The notes under the pieces: generated by a model
Told to the model about the DNA's origin: nothing
Database searches by the model: none
The model's input: only the letters and a program-made list of their open reading frames with translations
Position numbers and translations under genes: made by a program
Shown here: piece after piece, positions 40,364-49,230 of the stretch
Layout of the letters: the number at the start of each line of letters is the position of its first letter
How positions within the stretch are numbered: the stretch's first letter is position 1
DNA from: an uncultured bacterium
GTDB lineage: Bacteria; Hydrothermota; Tepidihabitantia; Tepidihabitantales; DTDR01
DNA length: 64,000 bases
Direction: 5' to 3'
NCBI GenBank assembly: GCA_938040315.1
Contig: CALHQW010000004.1
Coordinates: forward strand, 32,700 to 96,699

Positions 40364-41283
40364 TGGAATTTTTATTAGCAACAATTTTTATATTATTTCA
40401 AGGAATTTTAAGTGGCACCGAGACAGCAGTTGTTCGAACTAATTGGTTAAGATTAAAATTAAAAGCAAAAGAAAAGGGAATAAGTGAAAAGAAAATAAGG
40501 TTCTTAGAAAATAAAGAAGAAAATTTAATCATTACTTTAATTGGTACTAATATTTTTATCATTTTTGCTGCCTCTTTCTATTCCAGTTTTTTCATCCAAA
40601 ATTTAGGTAAAAATTTTGTTTTCCTTGCCATTATTTTTTCAACAACCTTTTCTTTTTTTATTGGTGAACTCATACCTAAAATTCTGGCTAGCAATTATCC
40701 AGAAAGTTGGTTATTACTCTTTTCTTCTTTTTATCGTTTCTTTTATTACTTCTTACAAATAGTTAGTCAACCTATTTATTTCCTATTAAAAGTTATTTTT
40801 TTATCAATAATAAAAAAGAGGAAAAATCTTCCTCTTCTTCAAAGAGATTTATTAACCTATCTTCAAAAATTTAAAAAAAGTAAGTTTATTGCTCAACAAG
40901 TATTAGCAGCAAAAAATATAAAAGTGAAAGAGATAATGATACCAATAGAATTAACTGTTGCTATTCCCGTGGATGCTGATATTTCTAAAATTTTAGAGAT
41001 AATGAAAGAATATCGTTATTCCCGCTATCCAATATATCAAAATAATAAAAATAATATTATTAAAATAATAACTTTAAAAGATTTATTATTTTTCCCACAA
41101 ATAAAATATCGTTCCCCCCTGTTTGTCCAGGAAACTCTTCGGATCACGGAAGTCTTTTCGGAAATGCGAAAAAAAAGAGAACATTTAGCCATTGTTATTG
41201 ACAAAAATAATAAGCCGATGGGCATAGTAACCTTAGAAGACATTATTGAAGAAATGGTTGGTGAAATAAGAAGGGAAGGTTAA
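40363..41283 (+). CDS. DUF21-CBS domain membrane protein (paralog, lacks CorC_HlyC C-terminus)
   Basis: Same DUF21 plus CBS architecture. 306 aa. ATGA-type coupling to corC. Confidence 0.7.
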   Translation: MEFLLATIFILFQGILSGTETAVVRTNWLRLKLKAKEKGISEKKIRFLENKEENLIITLIGTNIFIIFAASFYSSFFIQNLGKNFVFLAIIFSTTFSFFIGELIPKILASNYPESWLLLFSSFYRFFYYFLQIVSQPIYFLLKVIFLSIIKKRKNLPLLQRDLLTYLQKFKKSKFIAQQVLAAKNIKVKEIMIPIELTVAIPVDADISKILEIMKEYRYSRYPIYQNNKNNIIKIITLKDLLFFPQIKYRSPLFVQETLRITEVFSEMRKKREHLAIVIDKNNKPMGIVTLEDIIEEMVGEIRREG

Positions 41284-41333
41284 TTTAAATTGGTTGACTT
41301 AAAAAATTTTTTTAATTATAATAAGCAAACTTT

Positions 41334-42797
41334 TTGAATAAGGAGGAGAAAATGATTTTAAAGTTATCTAATGGAAAAGAGATTCCGATAGATATGTATA
41401 AAGCAAGAGTAGTTCAAAAGATTCATCTACCCAATGTTGAAGAGCGATTAAAAGCGATTGAAGAAGCCGGTTATAACACTTTTCAATTGAAAACCAAAGA
41501 TGTGTTTTTAGATATGTTAACTGATAGTGGAGTAAATGCTATGTCCCAGGAGCAATGGGCGGGTTGGATTGCTACCGATGATGCTTATGCGGGTAGTATG
41601 ACCTTTTATAAATTTGCTGAAATTGTAGAAGAAATTTTAGGTTATAAATATGTGATGAATGTTCACCAAGGAAGGGCGGCTGAACATCTTTTGGCAAAGG
41701 TTTTTATTAAGCCAGGAATGGTTGTTGCTACCAATTATCATTTCACCACTACCAAAGCCCATATTGAATTAGCCGGTGCCGAATGTATCGAAATTTATAT
41801 TGATGAAGCATTAAAAACAAAAAGTAATTTTCCTTTTAAAGGAAATATGGATCCAGAAAAATTGAAGGCACTAATTAAAAAGTACGGTAGAGAAAAAATT
41901 GCCTATGTGCGAATGGAGGCTACTACTAATCTTCTTGGTGGTCAACCTTTTTCAATGGAAAATTTAAGAGAAATAAGAAAAATATGTGATGAACACAAGT
42001 TGTTATTGGTATTAGACGGTAGTCTGGTCGCAGAAAATGCCTATCTAATTAAAAAAAGAGAACCGGGATATGCAAATAAAACCGTCGCTCAAATTGTAAA
42101 AGAGATTTGTGCTCTACCAGATTTATTTTATTTAAGCGGCAGAAAGAATACCTGTGTAAGAGGTGGTTTTATTGCTACAAATAACAAAGAATTATTTGAA
42201 ATGATTCAACCTTGGCTACCAGTCTACGAGGGATTCTTTACTTATGGAGGTATGTCAATGAGAGAGATTGGTGCCATGGCCGAAGGATTAAAGGAAATGG
42301 TCGAAGAAGATGTTGCTGGTTGTGCAATTGAACAAATTAAATACTTTGTTGGAAAATTAGAGGAATTAGGAATTCCCGTGGTTACTCCGCCGGGTGGCCT
42401 TGCGTGTCATTTAGATGCTGAAAAATTTTTACCCCATATTCCAAAAAGTGAATATATTGCTGGTGCTCTTACTGCTGCTTTATACCTTGCTTCGGGAATA
42501 AGAGCAATGGAACGGGGTACGATTTCTATGGATAGAGATAAAGAAGGTAAAGAGGTATTTGCCGATTTAGAACTGACAAGAATTGCTTTACCTCGTCGGG
42601 TTTTTAATCTTTCCCACATTGAATACGCAATTGATCGAATACTTTGGCTTTATAAACACCGAGATTTAATTAAGGGTTTAAGATTTATATATGAACCACC
42701 GGTGCTTAGATTTTTTTTAGGAAAATTAGAGGCAATAAATAATTGGGGAAGAGATTTATGTGAAGCCTTTAAAAAAGATTTTGGGAAAGAATTATAA
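41334..42797 (+). CDS. tnaA: tryptophanase / tyrosine phenol-lyase family (beta-eliminating lyase)
   Basis: Colinear with TnaA/TPL, including N-terminal FLDMLTDSG and PLP-lysine region. Confidence 0.8.
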   Translation: MNKEEKMILKLSNGKEIPIDMYKARVVQKIHLPNVEERLKAIEEAGYNTFQLKTKDVFLDMLTDSGVNAMSQEQWAGWIATDDAYAGSMTFYKFAEIVEEILGYKYVMNVHQGRAAEHLLAKVFIKPGMVVATNYHFTTTKAHIELAGAECIEIYIDEALKTKSNFPFKGNMDPEKLKALIKKYGREKIAYVRMEATTNLLGGQPFSMENLREIRKICDEHKLLLVLDGSLVAENAYLIKKREPGYANKTVAQIVKEICALPDLFYLSGRKNTCVRGGFIATNNKELFEMIQPWLPVYEGFFTYGGMSMREIGAMAEGLKEMVEEDVAGCAIEQIKYFVGKLEELGIPVVTPPGGLACHLDAEKFLPHIPKSEYIAGALTAALYLASGIRAMERGTISMDRDKEGKEVFADLELTRIALPRRVFNLSHIEYAIDRILWLYKHRDLIKGLRFIYEPPVLRFFLGKLEAINNWGRDLCEAFKKDFGKEL

Positions 42798-42802
42798 TTA
42801 AT

Positions 42803-43618
42803 TTACCAACGACTACCAAAAGCGATAAATTGCCAATCATCATTTTCCTTTTTAAAAAACATTTCTACTCCTCTTATTCTAAAATGGGAATTTTTTTGAA
42901 ATTCATAAATAATTGGAATAATATCAATATAACCTTTAGCAAAATTGTCAAATATTCGGATAGTGCCAAAATCAATATAATATTTTAATTTTAAACGATA
43001 AGCATTTTTTTTAATCTCTTCTAAAGTAAGCCATTTTATTCGCATATTAGGAAAAGAAATATTATGTTCTAATTCTCTTTCTTTTTTTAAGATCACTAAA
43101 TAACTTTCTTTTCTAAATTTTGGGATTATTTTGCTAATTTTATTCTCATAAAAAGCTATTTCGATCATTTTTTTTAAAATCTTTTTCAATTCTTCTTTAT
43201 TTTTATTACCATAATTAAATTTATTATAATCTAATATCTTAGAAATCCAAACTAAACGCCAAGTATCTTTTAAATTAAGCCAATTAGTAGCAATATAATA
43301 GTAATCTTTACTTTTTTCAAAATATATATAAATGGATACAATTGCTGAATACTTTGTTGGATTTATATATCTTGTTCTTACAGCAGCAATTTTCCTATCT
43401 TTTAACCATTCTCTCATAGCCTTGACAAAACTATCGTAACTAATCTCTTTACGGAAAGTGGAATTGAAAAGTTGATAAATCGTTAAAAAATTAGATTTTC
43501 TAAGGGCCTGATTAAATTTTGAAGATTTTTCTAAAAGTTGTAAGAAATCCGATTTTTTACTATTATTTTCGCAATTAATTAAAAGATTTATTAAAAAAGA
43601 GATTATTAAAAAGTTCAT
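42803..43618 (-). CDS. hypothetical exported protein / lipoprotein
   Basis: N-terminal signal (MNFLIISFLINLLINC). No recognisable motifs. Confidence 0.35.
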   Translation of the reverse strand: MNFLIISFLINLLINCENNSKKSDFLQLLEKSSKFNQALRKSNFLTIYQLFNSTFRKEISYDSFVKAMREWLKDRKIAAVRTRYINPTKYSAIVSIYIYFEKSKDYYYIATNWLNLKDTWRLVWISKILDYNKFNYGNKNKEELKKILKKMIEIAFYENKISKIIPKFRKESYLVILKKERELEHNISFPNMRIKWLTLEEIKKNAYRLKLKYYIDFGTIRIFDNFAKGYIDIIPIIYEFQKNSHFRIRGVEMFFKKENDDWQFIAFGSRW

Positions 43619-43625
43619 ACGTAAT

Positions 43626-43701
43626 CGGGCCCGACCGGATTTGAACCGGCGCTCTTCGCCGTGACAGGGCGACGTGTTTATCCAGGCTACACTACGGGCC
43701 C
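43626..43701 (-). tRNA. tRNA-Asp (anticodon GUC)
   Basis: Reverse complement folds as GGGCCCG acceptor, anticodon loop CTGTCAC, T-loop GGTTCAAATCC. Confidence 0.85.
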
Positions 43702-43735
43702 TTTTTATATTATTATAAAAATTCTCTTTTTAAAG

Positions 43736-46555
43736 TCAATTACTATAGAAAATAGTAAATTTTTTGATACTTCTATTAAAACCGGTTTCTAATACAACAA
43801 AATATAAGCCCGAAACAACTAATCTTCCTTTTTTATCTTTTCCTTCCCAATAAGCACCGATTTCTTCCAAAATTTCTTTTTTTTCGTATCTTCCGGGAGT
43901 AGTCAATTTCTTAGTATTTAACTCTTTCTCAAAAATCAATTTACCCTTTAAATTATAAATTTTCAAATTTGCCCATCGAGAAGGGTTTTTTAATCTCAAA
44001 GGAAAATAAACTTTTTCACTCTCCGTTTTTTTAATAAAAGGTTGAGGATAGATATCACCAATTTCGTCTTCCTGGTAGGAAACAAATTTTTCGGGATAAA
44101 TTTTTAATAAAGAATCAATATTAGGAATTCCATAACCTAAGGTACAAGAAGGAATACTTTCACTGGCTGTTTTGAATAACGCTTCTCTCACTTCTTCTAT
44201 TTTCCAATGTGGATGGGCTTCCAAAATTAAAGCACAGAGTCCAGCAACCAAAGCAGTAGCGGAAGAAGTTCCGATTGAATATTCAAAGGCACCATCTTCA
44301 TCAGGTTTGGCAACAACCGCATTATATGCTAAAGCAACTAAATCGGGTTTAATTTTACCATATTTAGCAGTTGGACCAGCACCACTTCCACGCCAACAAG
44401 AGGAATCAGGCATAACTCCACCAATTGTAAGAACTCCTTCTGCATCACCAGGTGCTACTAAATAAGGTTTGGGCCAAGGATATTTTAAACTATCAGAACC
44501 ACGATTTCCCATTGCGGTTACAATTATTAATCCTCTTTGAGCAGCAATGTTTGCGGCTAAAGAGGTTATTGCTGTCCTACCATCAAACATACTATCTTCA
44601 TACCAACCTCGGTATCCCAAAGAAGAAGAAATTATTTGGGCACCATTTTTTTCACACCATTCTAATCCTTTTACCCAATTATCCTCTTCAATAATATATT
44701 CGTAATATTCACCGGTTTTGTATTTATATTCTTCAGTTTTGGCAATTAAAAATTCAGCAGCCGGAGCCACTCCAATTAAATATCGAGGTGCATAACCAGC
44801 AATCAATGAAACCATTCGAGTCCCATGATAAGGCTGCTCTTTGAAATCCTCTTCTTCTTCATAATCGGTATTATCATCTCCCTGAGAATTGTAAATTAAC
44901 CAAATATCGTTATTAAATTCGTAAAGAATTGGATTATAAAGAAATTCGTTAGTATCATTAAACAAAATATTTTTACTATCAAAATCTAAGAGATAAATAT
45001 TTGAATCCATTTCATAAATTAAATAAATTTTATTTTTTATTAAAAAATCAAAATTACCTAAAAAAGCTCTATCTTTTAAAATTACTTCTTTTTCTTTCCA
45101 CCTTTCTCCAAAATTAGTTGAATAAGAATAAACTAAATTAATTAAAGGTGGATTCTCGCATTCCTTTACTAAAAGATAAATAGTATCCTTATTATTTTTG
45201 ATTTGAAAATCAGAAACATTGGAAAAAGAATTTAAACTATCTAAACGATAATTTTCTCCATCATTAGTTTTTAAATAATAAATCTTACCTTCTTTGGATA
45301 AACAAAAGATATAATAATTTAAACTATCTTTAAAAAGAATGACGGGCTTCTTTATCTTTTGATTAAAGGAATGAACCGTTTTTGTCTTTTGCCAAATAAT
45401 TTCTAAACCAATAATATTTGCTTTTTTAATCTTTAATATTGAATCTTTATATATAAAGGCAAGATACAATTTATCATCAGAATAAAATAAATAAGGTTGA
45501 CTACCGTTTTCTATTTTGAATGCATTTTGAAAATCGGTATAATAAAAATAACTAAAGTATATTTCTTTATTTTTTTCATAAGAATCTGAGCCATCAAAGG
45601 CAATAAAAGTCATATTGGTTTGGTTATTGGTGAGGGAAAAATTATGAAAAACTATCTGAGGTAAATAATAAGAAATTGATTTTATTGGTTGCCAATTATC
45701 TCTTTGGTGATAAGTATAAACGAGAGTTCTTTTTGGTATCCCTAAATATTGAGTGTCAGTTATAAAAAAGAGCGAAGGTAACTTTTCACCATTAACATTA
45801 AAAAGATAATCTACTTTTGGATTTTCTATCATTCGAAAATTTCTTAAATTTGGAATACTCTCCTTTTGAAAATTCTTAGATTTTTTAGCAAGAAAAAAAT
45901 CACCACCAGCAAGAAAATCATGCTCTTTTATTACTTTAATACCTTCTACTGCTCTATTGACCGTAGTATCGTCTGAACTTTTTCTTTTCCTTTTTAAACC
46001 GGTATCTAATAAACCTATTCTCACATTAGACCCATATATTCCTTTTTTGTGAACCTTATCTACTCCCAGCATAGCAATTTGACGATAAGAATATCCATAA
46101 AAGACAGTATCTTTATTTTCTTTTTCTAATTTTATACTTTTTGGTACTTGAAAAGTTATTGCTTTTAAAGGGCGAATATCATAGATAAAAGGTAAATTTT
46201 TTAACGAAGATAAGACCTCTTTGGGAATTTCGCAACTTACACCATTTATCCAATTAGAAACATATCTTATCTTTATCCCTAAATTTTTTAATTCTTCTAT
46301 ATATTTTTCATAAACTGGTAGATCATAAAAATCAGAAATCTTTCCTAAAGTATTTAATCTTCTTTCAATTGTTTTGGGATGAAACTTACAATCAAATTTT
46401 TCTAAAATATTATTATATTCTTTCTCAGTAAAAAAACCTTTATCAGTAAAAAGCACCCAATATCTTTCATTATTTAAATTCATCAATTTTTTATAATCCA
46501 GATTTAAAGGAGGACGATAAAAATTATAATAAAAAAATAAGAAAAATATTAACAT
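43736..46555 (-). CDS. subtilisin-like serine protease (S8) with ~400-aa BNR/sialidase-like insertion and T9SS C-terminal domain
   Basis: Asp IGLLDTGL, His HGTRMVSLIAGY, Ser GTSSATALVAGL. Region between Asp and His has repeated Y/W-rich strands and a STNFGERW (BNR-like SxDxGxTW) motif. C-terminal …GLYFVVLETG…FTIFYSN is a Por CTD. Confidence 0.85.
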   Translation of the reverse strand: MLIFFLFFYYNFYRPPLNLDYKKLMNLNNERYWVLFTDKGFFTEKEYNNILEKFDCKFHPKTIERRLNTLGKISDFYDLPVYEKYIEELKNLGIKIRYVSNWINGVSCEIPKEVLSSLKNLPFIYDIRPLKAITFQVPKSIKLEKENKDTVFYGYSYRQIAMLGVDKVHKKGIYGSNVRIGLLDTGLKRKRKSSDDTTVNRAVEGIKVIKEHDFLAGGDFFLAKKSKNFQKESIPNLRNFRMIENPKVDYLFNVNGEKLPSLFFITDTQYLGIPKRTLVYTYHQRDNWQPIKSISYYLPQIVFHNFSLTNNQTNMTFIAFDGSDSYEKNKEIYFSYFYYTDFQNAFKIENGSQPYLFYSDDKLYLAFIYKDSILKIKKANIIGLEIIWQKTKTVHSFNQKIKKPVILFKDSLNYYIFCLSKEGKIYYLKTNDGENYRLDSLNSFSNVSDFQIKNNKDTIYLLVKECENPPLINLVYSYSTNFGERWKEKEVILKDRAFLGNFDFLIKNKIYLIYEMDSNIYLLDFDSKNILFNDTNEFLYNPILYEFNNDIWLIYNSQGDDNTDYEEEEDFKEQPYHGTRMVSLIAGYAPRYLIGVAPAAEFLIAKTEEYKYKTGEYYEYIIEEDNWVKGLEWCEKNGAQIISSSLGYRGWYEDSMFDGRTAITSLAANIAAQRGLIIVTAMGNRGSDSLKYPWPKPYLVAPGDAEGVLTIGGVMPDSSCWRGSGAGPTAKYGKIKPDLVALAYNAVVAKPDEDGAFEYSIGTSSATALVAGLCALILEAHPHWKIEEVREALFKTASESIPSCTLGYGIPNIDSLLKIYPEKFVSYQEDEIGDIYPQPFIKKTESEKVYFPLRLKNPSRWANLKIYNLKGKLIFEKELNTKKLTTPGRYEKKEILEEIGAYWEGKDKKGRLVVSGLYFVVLETGFNRSIKKFTIFYSN

Positions 46556-46573
46556 TTTATTAATCCTTTTATA

Positions 46574-46855
46574 TTAATAACTTAATCCTCTCCAAAAAGA
46601 AAACCAACGAGTACCAAGAAAAACACTGATAAATATTATTCCAATTATTAAACCAACGATACCTAAAATTAGATATAACTGACCGATTTTTTTAATTTTT
46701 GTTTTTTTCAAAGAAAGAAAAACAATTCCTAAAAGAATTCCAATAATTGGACAAAAAAAAGATAAGAAGGCACCATAAATAATTCCCATTAAAGTAAAAA
46801 AATCAATAAAGAAATTAAGTTTTTCAAAATTAATTTGATTATTCTCGTTATTCAT
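46574..46855 (-). CDS. small two-TM membrane protein, hypothetical
   Basis: 93 aa with two hydrophobic helices. Lies between the tRNA cluster and the S8 protease gene. Confidence 0.35.
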   Translation of the reverse strand: MNNENNQINFEKLNFFIDFFTLMGIIYGAFLSFFCPIIGILLGIVFLSLKKTKIKKIGQLYLILGIVGLIIGIIFISVFLGTRWFSFWRGLSY

Positions 46856-46884
46856 TTTTCCTCCGTTTTTTATTATTTTTTTCT

Positions 46885-46957
46885 ACCCCGCGCAGGAGTC
46901 GAACCTGCAGCCCTCGGATTAAGAATCCGATGCTCTACCAATTTGAGCTAGCGGGGC
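46885..46957 (-). tRNA. tRNA-Lys (anticodon CUU)
   Basis: Reverse complement GCCCCGC…anticodon loop TTCTTAA…GGTTCGACTCC. Confidence 0.8.
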
Positions 46958-46968
46958 AGTAATTTAAA

Positions 46969-47042
46969 TGCGCCCGGCGCGACTCGAACGCGCAACCTAC
47001 GGGTTCGAAGCCCGGCGCTCTTTCCAATTGAGCTACGGGCGC
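46969..47042 (-). tRNA. tRNA-Arg (anticodon UCG)
   Basis: Reverse complement GCGCCCG…loop CTTCGAA…GCGTTCGAGTCGC. Confidence 0.8.
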
Positions 47043-47047
47043 AAATA

Positions 47048-47121
47048 GGTGAGCGACGGGAGTCGAACCCGCAACCCGTGGAGCCACAGTCCACTGCTCT
47101 ACCAATTGAGCTACGCTCACC
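47048..47121 (-). tRNA. tRNA-His (anticodon GUG) with encoded G-1
   Basis: Reverse complement G-GTGAGCG…loop CTGTGGC…GGTTCGACTCC…CGCTCAC-C. The G-1:C73 pair is typical of tRNA-His. Confidence 0.85.
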
Positions 47122-47131
47122 ATAAAATAAT

Positions 47132-47205
47132 CGCGCCTGGAGGGATTCGAACCCCCGACCGTCGGATTAGAAATCCGATGCTCTCTCCAACTGAGCTACA
47201 GGCGC
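47132..47205 (-). tRNA. tRNA-Arg (anticodon UCU)
   Basis: Reverse complement GCGCCTG…loop TTTCTAA…GGTTCGAATCC. Confidence 0.8.
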
Positions 47206-47208
47206 CTA

Positions 47209-47283
47209 TCGGGGAGACTGGATTTGAACCAGCGACCCCCTCGTCCCAAGCGAGGTGCGCTTGCCAGGCTGCGCTACTCCCCG
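47209..47283 (-). tRNA. tRNA-Pro (anticodon UGG)
   Basis: Reverse complement CGGGGAG…loop CTTGGGA…GGTTCAAATCC…CTCCCCG. Confidence 0.85.
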
Positions 47284-47340
47284 ATTTATATTATAAATAT
47301 AAAAAAATTTATCTTTTAGTCAAGTTGAAAATTAAACAGT

Positions 47341-47378
47341 TAAGAGGTTATATAAAGATTGAGGTTATATAAAGATTG
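47341..47378. repeat. perfect 19-bp tandem direct repeat (GAGGTTATATAAAGATTGA x2) upstream of the M14 carboxypeptidase gene
   Basis: Read directly: aagaGGTTATATAAAGATTGAGGTTATATAAAGATTGAatt. Confidence 0.6.
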
Positions 47379-47439
47379 AATTAAAATAAAAATTTGAATA
47401 TAATTTATAATGTATGAAATTTTTAATTAGGAGGAAAAA

Positions 47440-49230
47440 ATGAAAAAAATTAATTTTATATTATTTTTTTGCCTCTTTCTTATCTCCTCTTTTTTAAAAA
47501 GTGAAGAAACAAAAATGGAAGCCAAAGTATATTTCAAAACCGCCGATGAACTTTTTACTAAAATGGGAAAATTATTCTCCCAATTAGATATTGTTACTGT
47601 TGGTGAAGAAGAGGAAAGTTATTTCCTTACAATTATTACTAACCAAAAACAAATTGAAGAAATAAAAGAAAAAGGATTTAAAATAGAAATAACTTACTAT
47701 AATATTAAAGATAAATTTAAAGAAATGACTGGAGTTGATCCAGATGATCCTGAACTCCTTAGAGACTTTGGTTATTTCTTCACTTATTGGGAAATGATTG
47801 ACACCATTCAGAGATTAGCAAATAATTTTCCTCATTTAGTAAGAATTTATGAAATTGGCAGAAGTCATCAAAATCGTCCTTTATGGTGTGTAAAAATCAG
47901 TGATTACCCTGATTCTAACGAAAATGAACCGGCTGTATTTTTCAATGCCGCTACCCATGCCCGAGAACCAATGGGAGTTTCTATACTTATTTACTATATG
48001 ACTTATCTTTTAAATAATTATGATCCAACCAACAGCAATAATTTAATAACTTGGCTTATTAACAATCGTGAAATCTATTTTGTACCTGTTATGAACCCCG
48101 ATGGCTATGTTTATAATTCCGATTCTGGGGGTGCTGCGGCTAATTGGCGAAAAAATAGAAGAATTATTCAATCTCCATATGTCGGTGTTGATTTAAATAG
48201 AAATTATGGTTATAAATGGGCATATGATAACATCGGCTCTTCACCTAATCCAAGTAGTGAAACCTACCGAGGACCGGAAAGATTTTCTGAACCAGAAACA
48301 AGAGTTGTAAGAGATTTTATGCTTTCTAAAAAAATAAGAGCCCAGATTGATTATCATACTTATGGTAGATATAATATGTATCCCTGGGGATACGACACCT
48401 TTACTCCGCCTGATGTGCGAACTTTAAGAGAGGTTGTTGATTCTTTTAGATTATACAATAATTATTCTGCCTCTCGAACTGGACAAATTGCTAAAGTTTT
48501 ATATACTGCCAATGGAAGTTCGGTCGATTGGGAATATGCTGATACTTTATGGGAAGGTGAAAGAAAATTCATTACTTATGCTTTCACAATTGAAGCTTCT
48601 ATCAACGATTTCTGGTACGGCTGGAATGATAGTGCCTTTATTAGACAAGAATGTGAAAGAAATTTAGGAGTAAATCTCTATCTTACTAAAGTTAGTGGTG
48701 CTTTTTTAGAAGTGAAAAATATAAAGATTTATGACTTTTTTGGTAATCAAGATAGTATTTTAAATCCAAATGAATCTGCTTATATTTATCTTACGATTAA
48801 AAACCGAGCAATTCATCCTCTCGATTCTGTTTATAATCTATTTATCAAACCAACTACCGAAAATCCTTATTTGATTATTATTGATACTATCTTTAATTTC
48901 CCAAATATTATAAGAAATGATACCCAAATTGGTCTCTTTAAAGTTTATGTTAAAGAAGAAATTCCATCAGAAAGTGTGATGATAAATCTTAACTGTAATT
49001 ATTTAAACGATAGTTATTTTATAAATCAAATATTAAAATTTAAAATTTTTGTCCAATCTTCTCAATTAGTAAAAGAAAAAAGAAATATTAAAAATATTAT
49101 TTCTTCTGATTTCTGTGAAAAATATTCTTTTTATTTGCCCACTGGTCAGAAATACAAAGGCAAACTTAAAAAGGGAGTCTATTTCTTTTTAAAAGAAAAT
49201 AAAGGATATAAAATTTTGATAATAAAATAG
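47440..49230 (+). CDS. M14-family zinc carboxypeptidase with T9SS C-terminal domain
   Basis: Signal peptide. HxxE zinc motif (ATHAREPMG), carboxypeptidase A-like core. C-terminal …KGKLKKGVYFFLKENKGYKILIIK is a CTD. Confidence 0.8.
   Translation: MKKINFILFFCLFLISSFLKSEETKMEAKVYFKTADELFTKMGKLFSQLDIVTVGEEEESYFLTIITNQKQIEEIKEKGFKIEITYYNIKDKFKEMTGVDPDDPELLRDFGYFFTYWEMIDTIQRLANNFPHLVRIYEIGRSHQNRPLWCVKISDYPDSNENEPAVFFNAATHAREPMGVSILIYYMTYLLNNYDPTNSNNLITWLINNREIYFVPVMNPDGYVYNSDSGGAAANWRKNRRIIQSPYVGVDLNRNYGYKWAYDNIGSSPNPSSETYRGPERFSEPETRVVRDFMLSKKIRAQIDYHTYGRYNMYPWGYDTFTPPDVRTLREVVDSFRLYNNYSASRTGQIAKVLYTANGSSVDWEYADTLWEGERKFITYAFTIEASINDFWYGWNDSAFIRQECERNLGVNLYLTKVSGAFLEVKNIKIYDFFGNQDSILNPNESAYIYLTIKNRAIHPLDSVYNLFIKPTTENPYLIIIDTIFNFPNIIRNDTQIGLFKVYVKEEIPSESVMINLNCNYLNDSYFINQILKFKIFVQSSQLVKEKRNIKNIISSDFCEKYSFYLPTGQKYKGKLKKGVYFFLKENKGYKILIIK

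Noticed and set aside
46935-47372. Two ORF-track entries (46935-47123 minus; 47049-47372 plus) over the tRNA cluster
   Set aside because: The region folds into five canonical tRNA cloverleaves, and the ORFs are artefacts of GC-rich tRNA sequence lacking stop codons.
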